Shown piece by piece: positions 27,112 to 39,399 of a stretch of DNA of 64,000 nt (positions within the stretch are counted from its first letter, which is position 1; the number at the start of each line of letters is the position of its first letter). The stretch is from Macrostomum lignano (taxonomy: Eukaryota), in assembly GCA_002269645.1 (NCBI GenBank), contig NIVC01000129.1, positions 356,755-420,754 of the forward strand, in the 5' to 3' direction. The position numbers and the translations under genes are program-made. The notes beneath the pieces were generated by a model that made no database searches, had not been told where the DNA came from, and was given only the letters and a program-made list of their open reading frames with translations.

Positions 27112-28040
27112 TTTTACACGTGGCTGTTTCCTCTGCTGTTCATCACCGGCGCGATAGCGAACGGCTGCTCATTCTGGGTGATTCTGAAGAACCGATAGTC
27201 CTTTCCCAGAGTCACTCGGCAGTACCTGCTCATCATCACAGCCAACGACTTTCTGGCTGTCACTCTGCACGGACCTCTGCATTACCTCGAAAAAATGCAT
27301 CCAATTACAGGCCGATTTACAATCATGCACCAATCCATAGCTGAAGTTATTTATCTGCTCACCAGAGTGTACTCAACTGTGGGAGCGCACTTCTTCCAAC
27401 TGGGCCTCACCGTGGATTGTTTGGTTGCTGTGGCGGCGCCGATGCGAGCGCAGCAGATTCTGACTCGCAGGAGAAGCCGTATCTTGCTGGCCGTCATCAC
27501 TGCAGCCGCACTGGTGCTGCCCGTTATGTACATGTATTTATATGTACATATTCGTGTAAGGCGCAATCAGCAGCTTAGTATCACCTACATCAAGGTGGAG
27601 CTGTTCTTCGGTCGAATCTTTCTTCAGTCGGCGATGACGCTGGGAACAGTCGGAATTTGCGTCTGCATCTACAGAAGCAATCGAGCAGCTGGGCGGATCA
27701 GCCTGCAGCCCCACAGCTGCCGACAGCGTCAGAGGTCGCTGGTTCGAATCAGCCTCATGCTCGTGTTTATTAACGTGCTTTTCGCTGAGTCCTGCTTGCC
27801 TTACAGTTCAGTGATGTTTTATTGATGCACTTGATTGCTCCGAGTCCAACGAGGAATTTTTACATTTAGCCCTTAGCTGACCAGTTTACTTCATGGGCGG
27901 CAACTTTCGAAGGGCCTTTTTCCGTACATTATCGCCAAAGCGCTGCTGCCGATGCTGTTGTTCTCGTTGTTGTGGGCGTCGCACGGAGGAGCGAAATAGT
28001 TCTGCGACTGCAGTTGAGCTCGCTTAGTACTGCTCATCAT
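27112..28040 (+). pseudogene. GPCR paralog 2, pseudogene
   Basis: Homologous to 22623-23828. TAG at 27196-27198 (E>*), DRL>DCL, frameshift ending MFY*, deletion in TM7, TGG>TGA in ALS*PVYF. Confidence 0.85.
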
Positions 28041-28420
28041 CGTTTTTGATTTATCAGGTTTTACTTATGAGCTGCATATTCGAGTTCGCGTTGTAACTTT
28101 TGCAAAAGTCGCGATGAATTGCTTTTTTAGCATGCTAGTTCATCATTTATCTTCTGTCGTAGCTATTAATTTCTTAGGAAATTTGCTTTTACGAGCTATG
28201 TGTAGATAATGCAAGTTCTATTTGCACAAAATCTATTTTCATTTTTCAGTCTATGTTTTCTTAGCTAGTCTGTTATATAAAATACGATTGCTTATTTAAT
28301 TGTTAAAAAATTGTACTATTCTGAGCCGGGAATGTGTTGTCTGTGGTAATTTTTAACAAAAACTAGGATATTATATCATATAATCTCCTCGAAATCAGGA
28401 GCAATCGAATTTAATATATG

Positions 28421-28565
28421 ATAAACGCCGTTTAATTCATCATAGTCTATGGTTAGAATATCCTCGGCTACAATCAATGGTCCTCGGCTCGCTACGCTCG
28501 CCTCGAGACCATTAAACGCAGCCTCGGACATTCTAACCACAGAATGTGAATTAAACGGCGTTTAT
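28421..28565. mobile_element. 145-bp fold-back MITE
   Basis: Perfect 19-bp TIR ATAAACGCCGTTTAATTCA with further inverted pairing (TGGTTAGAAT/ATTCTAACCA). Lies in a segment missing from the duplicate block at about 33950. Confidence 0.7.
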
Positions 28566-29849
28566 TATTTACATAATATATATATATAATACTTGTATAT
28601 AGCACTTATAAATATATATATATATAAGTGCCTCTTAAGTTCATTTGCAAGCTTAACAGGCCTCTAAGTGTGCTCGTGTACGCCCAGGCAAGAACGACCA
28701 AAAGTTTATTGTCGCAGGTGCTACGTCAAAAGACTTACTGTAATGCACGGGCCTTTCATTTTTCTTCTTTAAGTCGGAACATTCGACAGAGGACTTAAAT
28801 TACGAAACTTTCGAAGGTCGTATAAAGAAGTATTATCTGTGGTGTAGATAATAAAAATGCCCAGCATTTTTCTGCCAATGCTCGATCTTTGACTAGGATC
28901 AACTGCACCACATGGGGCAAGCCCATGCATCCTTGGATGAGGTCTGCGACTGCGACAACTCACAGCATGTCTGGTTCCTCCTTGCTCTTGTAATACGCTG
29001 GTAGTTTTGATAAATTTCTTCTTTTGCATGCTTGCTGCATCCATAACCAATAGCTACGAGCTCGTAGTGATTTGACTATGGAATTCAAATTAAAATTAAT
29101 AAAATGTTGCAATTACACCGCGACGGTTTCTCTCACGTTTTATCGTTTTTTAATTAGTTAAAATCCTCAATACGTGAAAAACAGTCCAACTGCTGTACAA
29201 AGCGCAAGCATTTTTTACAAAAAGTCAAAATTGAAGACCCAGATTTTCGGGTACAGCCGCAAGAAACAGAGCAACCCCCTTATTGCAGAGGCAGCGGCTC
29301 ACGTGCTGAGTGAGAACTGATTTTGTTTTGTTAACTTTAATTAACTTTAATTTTGTTAACTTGGGTAGAAGGATCAAGCAGAGCCTACTTCTAGGGCCTG
29401 TTGAGTTAAGATGCGTGTATTTATTACCTGATGAAACTGTTTGAAGACGGACAAAGCAACTACGACCTACATGTTTGTTACCAGCACGGTCATTTTGCGC
29501 AACCCATCAGATACATACGTGTAATATCGAATTGAATTAACATTTTAATGAATTAATCAATTACAAGATCGGGCTCAAAACATAATCTGGCATATTGATT
29601 TATTTCGTATTTTATTGAGATTTTTAATTGTTTGAGTTTTTTCAGTCTATTGAGTTGATTGAATTATTAATTATACATGCACGCGAAAAAGGCATGCGTG
29701 AATATTAGAAATTTAATTAAGTGAGTAGCACATGTCGCCCCCTTTAGGTACAGACAAACACAAAGAAACAAACAACTTCGACAATTAGAAATATGCACTA
29801 CTCAAAAAGTCCTCTGAAAGTTACCTCTCTGTTCGAGCCGTTCTGCAAG

Positions 29850-30811
29850 CTACTGTTCCTCTATCGTTGTCTGTTGCTGCCAGCTCTGATGCGGCTGCTC
29901 GCCATTTCCGATGGCCAGCCTCACCCGCTCCATCAGCTGCTGCTGGTCATAGAAATCATCACGCTGGTTATCGTTTTGTCTAACAAGATACAGATTGTAC
30001 TGCACGAGCGATGTATTCCCATTCGATTCACCGCTCTGTTCGGTTCCGTTCTTTTTGTTGTCATTACTCTTCGCGACGGCTGCGGCTGAAGCTTTGTTGT
30101 TGAAGTTTCGGTTTCGGTCTCTTCTATTTGCTCCAAGACACTTGTCGACAGCCCATCTCAGTGGCCACAGCACGTATCCGATGGCTGATAGAATCTTTTT
30201 TAGCAGATCAGCCAGCTTCGTGAGGACGTCAATAATACCAAGCGACGCGTCCATCACTTGACGGCTCATCTGCCGGGTCCAGTTTCCAACCAGCTGCAGC
30301 TCGCACGCCAGGAAAACTAGGTTTCTCCTGCACTTCGAAGCAAACCGCACAATTGGGAGTATAATGAAACGTATGTAAAGGCTGGCTGTCTCAGGAGCGA
30401 GCGCGGCTTGACGTTGACGGTTTTCAATAGCCATGTCCAGGCAGTCAAAGGCCAGGACAAGCAGCACTGTCTCGATTGGAAATCGCACCATCACCAGGTC
30501 GTTGATCTCAAAAGGGGCCCAGCTGTAGTTCAAGTACTTCTTTATCAGCTCAATAAACCCGGACAGTGCTACAACGGCGCAGAACCTTTTCAAAAGGTCC
30601 ATCGCGGTATCAAACAGGCACTGCCGAGCAAAAGCACTTCTACTATTTCTAGCAGAACTGTGCAGATTGTGGGTAGTCTGTAAATTGAACAGGATTGTTT
30701 ATGGTATAGTTTACGATTGTATTACTTAATTAGCTATAAAACTGTTAAAAATTATAATGTCTTATACGAGCTCGTACTTACCTTGCTTGACTTTCTGGGC
30801 GCACCCATCAT
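29850..30811 (-). CDS. Orphan 2-exon gene copy A, about 285 aa, hydrophobic N-half plus one amphipathic helix
   Basis: Exons 30782-30811 (MMGAPRKSSK) and 29850-30677. 104-nt GTAAGT..AG intron, phase 0. The same structure is kept in paralog B. Confidence 0.7.
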
Positions 30812-31656
30812 TTTCCTGTAGTTTTTTAATTCGTCCATCTAAGGTACTAATTGATACTAAGTTTTATTCAGAAAGCTAGAATAGTTACTTCTGGCCATAA
30901 GTATTGCTGCTTAAATATACCTTAGATTTATCCTAATTTAGGGGTGACGTATAAAATAAAAATAATACAGGTACATTTAAAAAGTATTGTTTCATTTCTA
31001 AGAAATTTTTGTTAAACTTGACTCGAAAAAATTCAGGCGACTTATTGGTAGTGTGCGTATTTTGCATGTGCACTTTCGGACTACCTCAGTGTGACAGCTA
31101 GTACGTAGGTAGCTAGCGGGTTATTTAGTTTGCGTACAGACGGTTAATTTTGTTATCTACACTATCTACATTATCTACATGCATGGCACTGGGGGAGGGG
31201 GGCGTAAAAAATTGTCGCACAAGTAAAAGTTTGTTTATTCTGAATATATTTAGTGTGTTGTGGTGGCTCGCGATCGCGGTGCCAGTGAGAAAAGGAAAAG
31301 TCCGCTTGCCAGGCTTGGCTTCTCAATTCGGCCTGGCTTCTCAATTTGAGCGTCTATTTGGGCCATAGATACGAGTATAACAGTAAGAGAGGCATTTAGG
31401 CAGAGCTCTGCAGTCCGCATTATGTTAATAAGTTGGGGGCAGTGGACCGCCACACAGCTCCCCCCCCCCCAGAGCTTGACTAAGTGTGCCTCATTGTGTG
31501 GAACCATTGCGCTTCAGAGCACTGATCTGACAGATTGCCTGCAGACTCAGACTTAGTCACAGTGGTGCCGGATTGACTGACCCATATTGACGGAAAGGGG
31601 GCCAGCATGCAGACGCGTCCAGTGTCGAGCCCTGTGCGCCAGCAGAATGTCAACCG

Positions 31657-32924
31657 CTCAACAATGCCACATTGATTATTCAATGTTGTGCTCAACAATT
31701 CCACATTGATTATTCAATGTTGTGCTCAACAATGCCAAATTGATTATTCAATGTTGTGCTCAACAATTCCACATTGATTATTCAATGTTGTGCTCAACAA
31801 TGCCAAATTGATTATTCAATGTTGTGCTCAACAATTCCACATTGATTATTCAATGTTGTGCTCAACAATGCCAAATTGATTATTCAATGTTGTACTCAAC
31901 AATTCCACATTGATTATTCAATGTTGTGCTCAACAATTCCAAATTGATTATTCAATGTTGTGCTCAACAATGCCAAATTGATTATTCAATGTTGTGCTCA
32001 ACAATTCCACATTGATTATTCAATGTTGTGCTCAACAATGCCAAATTGATTATTCAATGTTGTGCTCAACAATTCCACATTGATTATTCAATGTTGCGCT
32101 CAACAATGCCAAATTGATTATTCAATGTTGTGCTCAACAATTCCACATTGATTATTCAATGTTGTGCTCAACAATTCCACATTGATTATTCAATGTTGTG
32201 CTCAACAATGCCAAATTGATTATTCAATGTTGTGCTCAACAATTCCACATTGATTATTCAATGTTGCGCTCAACAATGCCAAATTGATTATTCAATGTTG
32301 TGCTCAACAATTCCACATTGATTATTCAATGTTGTGCTCAACAATTCCACATTGATTATTCAATGTTGTGCTCAACAATGCCAAATTGATTATTCAATGT
32401 TGTGCTCAACAATTCCACATTGATTATTCAATGTTGTGCTCAACAATGCCACATTGATTATTCAATGTTGTGCTCAACAATGCCAAATTGATTATTCAAT
32501 GTTGTGCTCAACAATGCCAAATTGATTATTCAATGTTGTGCTCAACAATTCCACATTGATTATTCAATGTTGTGCTCAACAATGCCAAATTGATTATTCA
32601 ATGTTGTGCTCAACAATGCCAAATTGATTATTCAATGTTGTGCTCAACAATGCCACATTGATTATTCAATGTTGTGCTCAACAATGCCACATTGATTATT
32701 CAATGTTGTGCTCAACAATGCCAAATTGATTATTCAATGTTGTGCTCAACAATGCCACATTGATTATTCAATGTTGTGCTCAACAATTCCACATTGATTA
32801 TTCAATGTTGTGCTCAACAATGCCACATTGATTATTCAATGTTGTGCTCAACAATTCCACATTGATTATTCAATGCTTTGCTCAACAATTCCACATTGAT
32901 TATTCAATGCTTTGCTCAACAATT
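31657..32924. repeat. Satellite, 34-bp unit, about 37 copies
   Basis: Unit CTCAACAAT(G/T)CCA(C/A)ATTGATTATTCAATGTTGTG with an internal palindrome ACATTGA-TTAT-TCAATGT. Confidence 0.95.
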
Positions 32925-32927
32925 CTT

Positions 32928-33376
32928 CCGTACTGTCAGCAGTTCGTATACCTCGGTGGTCTGGTGCCTGACGTTCTTGAGGATCTGCCACATCGCCGTG
33001 GACTTGCCTGGGCTGCTTTCTGTTCCGTGAGGGCTGTCCTGCAGTCCGAGGCCCTGCCGCACAGAGGGCGGCGCTGTTCCAGGCGGTGATCGAGACCGTC
33101 CTGTTGTACAACGCCGAGACCTGGACGCTGACGGACTCGCTCGAACAGCAGGCGCGAGGCCCCTATCGCAACCCCGATATACAATCGATATATAAATATC
33201 GCAATACTAATGTATTACTAGTGGTCCTTGACAGCAGGTCGATGCGGTGTACGCCGGCCTGCTGCATGCCGCCTTCAATGTCGGCTACAATTGAGTCACC
33301 AATACGCACTCTGTCGCCGTACCGGTCTGTCCCGTCCTAGCAAACTTGTTGCGCCGCCGGCGACCCCAGTTGGCAA
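32928..33376 (+). mobile_element. 3'-region fragment of the same RTE family as 6300-13432
   Basis: Similar to 12890-13260 (YLGGLVPDV, VIETVLLYNAETWTLTDSLEQQ). Confidence 0.8.
33153..33230. mobile_element. 78-bp insertion, probable relative of the 46-bp hAT-like element
   Basis: 8-bp TSD ACAGCAGG at 33145-33152 and 33231-33238. Right end CTAGTGGTCCTTG is the exact reverse complement of the 26260 TIR. Left end degenerate. Confidence 0.6.
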
Positions 33377-33387
33377 GCCACATCATT

Positions 33388-33720
33388 CTGCAGCCCCACA
33401 GCTGCCGACAGCGTCAGAGGTCGCTGTTTCGAATCATGGTCATGCTTATTAACGTGCTTTTCGCTGTATCCTGCCTGCCTTACAATCATGTTTTACCTCG
33501 TATGTGCACTTGATTGGTCCGAGTCTAATGAGAGTATTTTACAATTTTATAGGCTCATCATCAACCACCTTAACAACCTGATTTACGTGAACAATGGCCT
33601 TAGCTGGCCTGTCTACTTCATGGGCAGCAACTTTCGAAGGACGTTTTTCCTGCTGTTGTTCTTGTTGTTTTTGTGGGTGTCGCACGAAGGAGCGAAATAA
33701 CCCTGCCACTTCAGTTGAGT
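33388..33720 (+). pseudogene. GPCR 3' fragment (ICL3-TM6-TM7), start of a duplicated block
   Basis: Matches 27703 onward. Encodes NNLIYVNNGLSWPVYFMGSNFRRTF. Fused directly to the RTE fragment. Confidence 0.75.
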
Positions 33721-35090
33721 TTCAGTAGAGTTGAGTTTTTTATTTATCAGTTTCTACTCATCAGCTGCATGTTCGAGTTCGCGTTGTAGCTTTTGCAAAA
33801 GTCGTGATTAATTGCTTTTTTGGTATGCTTGTCTATCTTCATCTTCTGCCGTAGTAATTTCTTAGGAAATTTGCTTTTACGAGCTATGTGTAGATAATGC
33901 AAGTTCAATTTACACAAACTCTACTTTCAGTCTATTCTTCTTATAGCTAGTCTGTAAAATATCTTATGTAAGTGCATCTGAAGTTCATCTGCAAGCTCAA
34001 CAGGCCTCTCATCAGAATGCTTGTATGACCAGGTGGGAGCGAACAAACTTTTATCACCGCAGGTGTCACGCCAATAAAGCCTCATTTATATTACTCTAGT
34101 ACTAATGCACAAGTTTTTCATTGTTCTTCTTTAAGTCAGAGCATTCGACAGAGGACTTTTGGATTACGAAACTTGTAAAGAAGACTTATCGTCTTCTGCG
34201 GTCTAGACAATAAAAATGCCATGCATTTTTCTGCCAATGCTCGATCTTTAACAAGGATCATCGGATGCACCACATGAGGCAAACACATGTCTGCGAACCC
34301 GACAACATCCCACAGCTTGTCAGGTTCCTCCCTGCGTTTGTAATACGCTGGTAGTTGTTATTGTTTCTTATTTTGAATGCTTTCTGAATAATCATCAATG
34401 GCTAATGATTTTGACTATTGAATATAGTCAAATTTTGAGATAATTAAAAATATGTAATTTCACTGCAACGATTTCTCTCACTTTCTTTCATTTTTTTATA
34501 TTCAATACTTAAAATCCGCGATACGTAAAAACCAGTCCAACTGCTGTACAAAGCAATGTGCAAGCATTTTTACAAAGTCAAAATTGAAGACCCAGATTCT
34601 CGGGTAAAGCCACGCGAAACAGAGAAACCTCACGTGCTCACGGCTCACGTGCTGAGGAGAACTGACAGTTTCATTTTTTTCAGCTTGGGTAGAAAGATCG
34701 AGCAGAGCCTACTTCTAGGGCTTGTTGAGTTGATCGAGATGCATGTTTTTTAATACATGATGAAGTTGTCTTCAAAAGCAACTACGACCTACATGTTTGT
34801 CGCCAACACGGTCATTTTGCGCAACTCATCAGAGTAGTGTAGCTACGAATTGAATCAAAATTTTTATCACAGTAAAGATTACAAGATCAAGTTGACAACA
34901 TAATCTGGCATATTAATTTATTTATTATTTAACTGAGATTTCCGTTTGTATTCTTGTGATACATTGATTGATTTAATAATTATAAAAGCCACACGAAAGT
35001 AGCCCTCCCTTTAGATGGACAAACAAAAGAAAAAAAACATCTTAGACAATTTGTATGTGGAATACGCAACAAATCGTCTGTAAAGTTACT

Positions 35091-36072
35091 TCAGTTCGGG
35101 CCGTACTGCAAGTTGCTTTTCCTCGATCGTTGTCTGTTGCTGCCAGCTCTGAAACGGAGCTGCTCGCCATTTCGGATGGCCAGCCACTTTTGCCCCATCA
35201 GCTGCTGCTGGTCATAGAAATCATCACACTGGTCATTGTTTTGCCCGACAAACAAATTGTACTGCACGATCGATTTATCCGCATTCGATTCAACAGCTTT
35301 CTTTCGCTTAATCAGATCAGCCAGCTTAGAGAGGATATCAATAATGCCAAGCACCATGTCCTTCAATAGACGGCTCATCTTTTTTATCAGATCAGCCAGC
35401 TTAGAGAGAATATCAATAATGCCAATCACGGAGTCCTTCAATAAACGGCTCATCTTTTTTATCAGATCAACCAGCTTAGAGAGAATATCAATAATGCCAA
35501 TCACGGAGTCCTTCAATAGACGACTCATCTGCCTGGCCCAGTTTCCAACCAGCTGCATCTTGCACGCCAGGAAAATTAGGATTCTCTTGCACTTTGAAGT
35601 GAACTGCACTAAGAGTATAATAAAGTGCATGTAAAGGCTGGCTGTCTCAGGAGCGAGTGCGGCTTGACGTTGACGGTTTTCAATAGCCATGTCCAGGCAG
35701 TCAAAGGCCAGGACGAGCAGCAGCAGCAGCAGCACTGTCTCGATTGGAAATTGCACCATGAGCAGGTCGTTGATCCCAATGGGGGCCCTGTAGTACAGGT
35801 ACTTCATCAGCTCAATGAACCCGGACAGTGCTACAACGGCGCAGAACCTTTTCAAAAAGTCCATCGCTGTATCAGCCAGGCACTGCCGAGCAAAATCAAT
35901 TCTACTATTTCGAGCTGAATTTGTCTGATTTGGGGTAGTCTGTAATTTCAACAGGATTATGTATGTGTAGTTACGATTGCATTGCTTAATTAGCTGTAAA
36001 GCTGTCAATATGAGCTAAGGATATTGTCTTGCGAGTACTTACCTCGCTTGATTTTCCAGACACACCATTCAT
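35091..36072 (-). CDS. Orphan 2-exon gene copy B, about 292 aa, with 3 tandem 25-aa amphipathic repeats
   Basis: Exons 36043-36072 (MNGVSGKSSE) and 35091-35939. 103-nt GTAAGT..AG intron. 75-bp repeats at 35305-35529. The ORF-track start at 36008 lies inside the intron. Confidence 0.7.
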
Positions 36073-37185
36073 GTTCCTTCAGTTTTTCAGTTCGTCCGCG
36101 TAAGGTACCAATTGACTTTAAGTTTTATTATGTTAGCTAGAAAGAGTTACTTCTGGCCATAGGTATTGCGCGTTAAGTATTCCTCAGAGATTTATGCTAA
36201 CTTAGGTGGTGACGTATGAAATAAAAATAATACAGGTACATTTTAAAAGTTAGTTTCATTTCTAAGAAACTTGGTTGGACATGGATCAATAAATCCAGAC
36301 GACTTTTTTCCAGACGACTTTTTTCCGTACGCGTAATTTATCTTCTAGCCTCGCTACACGGAACTTCCCAATTGCTCACTGTACCTAATTGTCTAGATGG
36401 CCAGTGTACGATTGTATGAAGAGGGTTTACATGGACAATATGAAAGGAGAAAAGTTATTGTCTGCCTGCTTGCATGCATGAGGGATCCTCACGGGTCTGA
36501 GCGTCCGGAGACGAGCGTGCTTCAAAATATCGATCCAATCGGCTCTCTTGGGAGCCTCTATGAGTTTATTTCCGTGCGTGAGTAGACACTGTACACACTG
36601 TACACTGTACGCTGCGATAGTAGACATCTCTGCAAAGACCAATGCAGAGAAGGAATTTTCTGCTTAGGGTCAACTTTATCTGATTAATTGTAGGCGACGA
36701 AGTCGTACTGCGGTCCTATCTGCATAGAGCAGTTGAGCAAGCGGTAGCGTGCTTTTTTAGGGAGAACTTCGCCACTGTGCAACCTTGTTTGAACTGCTAA
36801 ATAAGTGCGCATGGCGTAAGCCTTGATTCAAATGATTAACACATGTACGTGAATCATTTTGCTAGTTGATACAGAAGCACGCAAAAACCAATGTGACCTG
36901 AGCGGCCAAGCAATTTTTACGACATTAAGCATTCGGTAAACTGAGAAAGCATCTCATTGAATTTTTCGCAAAGTTTCACGACGACTTGAATTTATTTTTG
37001 TCACAAAATTTAAAAGCTGCGATGCTAAAGGTTGCTATACAATGTTTACAGTGCTAAAAGTACATTTAAATTTAGCGGCAAACAATTCATTCAAGTAAAG
37101 TACCACAGGTTACAGAGGCCTAAGCTATATCTAGTCGGGTTCTGGTGGGTCAGCGGGAGCTGATGGTCCTGGCTGGCTGCTGATC

Positions 37186-37712
37186 TGGTCGTCCGGCACT
37201 GGCTGCTGTTGATGGTCGTCCGGCACTGACTGCTGTTGATGGTCGTCCGGCACTGACTGCTGTTGATGGTCGTCAGGCACTGACAGCTGTTGATGGTCGT
37301 CCAGCACTGACTGCTGTTGACGGTCGTCCAGCACTGACTGCTGTTGATGGTCGTCAGGCACTGACTGCTGTTGATGGTCGTCAGGCACTGACTGCTGCTG
37401 ATGGTCGTCCGGCACTGCCTGCTGCTGATGGTCGTCCAGCACTGACTGCTGTTGATGGTCGTCAGGCACTGCTGCTGATGGTCGTCAGGCACTGCTGCTG
37501 ATGGTCGTCCGGCACTGACTGCTGCTGATGGTCGTCCGGCACTGACTGCTGCTGATGGTCGTCCGGCACTGACTGCTGCTGATGGTCGTCCGGCACTGAC
37601 TGCTGCTGATGGTCGTCCGGCACTGACTGCTGCTGATGGTCGTCCGGCACTGACTGCTGCTGATGGTCGTCCGGCACTGACTGCTGCTGATGGTCGTCCG
37701 GCACTGACTGCT
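37186..37712. repeat. Minisatellite, 27-bp unit (23-bp variants), about 20 copies
   Basis: GATGGTCGTCCGGCACTGACTGCTGCT repeated. Confidence 0.95.
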
Positions 37713-38389
37713 ACAGTTTACAAGCTTCTGTCAGAAAGTGGATGTCTTCACTGATCTACTCGGCAGGCAATACATACCTATTACCAAGCCCATGACCTAT
37801 CATACCCTCTCAAGACCTGCAAAGACAAAAATCTTCTCCTGGTGATACCCGGCGAAAGGCTGCATTCAAAGACCCAACTAGCTCGTTAACCTGACATTGA
37901 TAGCGCATTCGCGATCACTTCAGTCGTTTAGTTCAAACCCATCTGTGTTCCAGTAGCGTGTTCCAAAAGCCTACCTATCAACCTAAAAAAGGAATTCTAT
38001 CTTTATAAATATCTCAGAAGTAATTTCAAAGTCATGAGGTATGTTTTAGAGAAAAACTTCTTTACTCCACTGGACAGAATCAGCAAACTTCACCAGCTTC
38101 TCTCTTGATCAGACGGAAAAAACTGAATTCGTGCTCTGAAATAAGATAGCATCCATGTAGTGATTAGGAAAAAAATTAGCGAAATAAGCATTTATTTAAA
38201 GTTATCCATGCGTAATACGCTTAATCCGGTAAAACGAACATTCTACAAAGGTTCTGCGAAGCAAAGACCAATTTAAACATTGAATTGACTGATCAATGAT
38301 GACTGTTGAATTTACATGCCAAACAAAAATTCATCACGAGTACAACGCGCATTTTTAAAGAGCTATACATGTTTACTAAGAGCTATCGA

Positions 38390-39399
38390 ACACGATGATA
38401 AGCAGTACTAAGCGAGCTCAACTGCAGTCGCAGAACTATTTCGCTCCTCCGTGCGACGCCCACAACAACGAGAACAACAGCATCGGCAGCAGCGCTTTGG
38501 CGATAATGTACGGAAAAAGGCCCTTCGAAAGTTGCCGCCCATGAAGTAAACTGGTCAGCTAAGGGCATTGTTCAAGTAAAGCAGGTTGTTAAGATTGCTG
38601 ATCATATTATAAAAATGTAAAACTTCCTCGTTGGACTCGGACCAATCAAGTGCATCAATAAAACATCACTGAACTGTAAGGCAGGCAGCTAGGACACAGC
38701 GAAAAGCACGTTAATAAACACGAGCAGAGGCTGATTCGAACCAGCGACCTCTGACGCTGTCGGCAGCTGTGGGGCTGCAGGCTGATCCGCCCAGCTGCTC
38801 GGTTGCTTCTGTAGATGCAGACGCAAATTCCGACTGTTCCCAGCGTCATCGCCGACAGAAGAAAGATCCGACCGAAGAACAGCTCCACCTTGATGTAGGT
38901 GATGTTCAGCTCTAGGCTATAGCCTACAAGTAAGCCAAATAAAGTCATAACGGGCAGCACCAGTGCGGCTGCAGTGATGACGGCCAGCAAGATACGGCTC
39001 CTCCTGCGAGTCAGAATCTGCTGCGCTCGCATCGGCGCCGCCACAGCAACCAGACGATCCACGGTGAGGCCCAGTTGGAAGAAGTGCGCTCCCACAGTTG
39101 ATCGAGTACACTCTGGTGAGTAGATAAACGGCTAACACACTTAATCGGTCTTCAAATAGAAATTTAAATCGGCCTGTAATTCGATGCAGTTCCTCGAGGT
39201 ATTGCAGAGGTCCGTGCAGAGTGACGGCCAGAAAGTCGTTGGCTGTGATGATGAGCAGGTACTGCCGAGTGACTCTGGGAAAGGACTCTCGGTTCTTCAG
39301 AATCACCCAGAATGAGCAGCCGTTCGCTATCGCGCCGGTGATGAACAGCAGTGGAAACAGCCACGTGTAAAAGTAAAGCGTTATAAACTTAATTTCCAT
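38390..39399 (-). pseudogene. GPCR paralog 3, pseudogene (inverted copy of paralog 2)
   Basis: TM1-TM3 open in the 38917-39399 frame, frameshift after LTRVYS, then MFY* frameshift and ALS*PVYF shared with paralog 2. Confidence 0.85.

Noticed and set aside
31657-32924. CRISPR-like regular array with palindromic repeats
   Set aside because: Units are head-to-tail with no unique spacers, there are no cas genes, and the context is eukaryotic.
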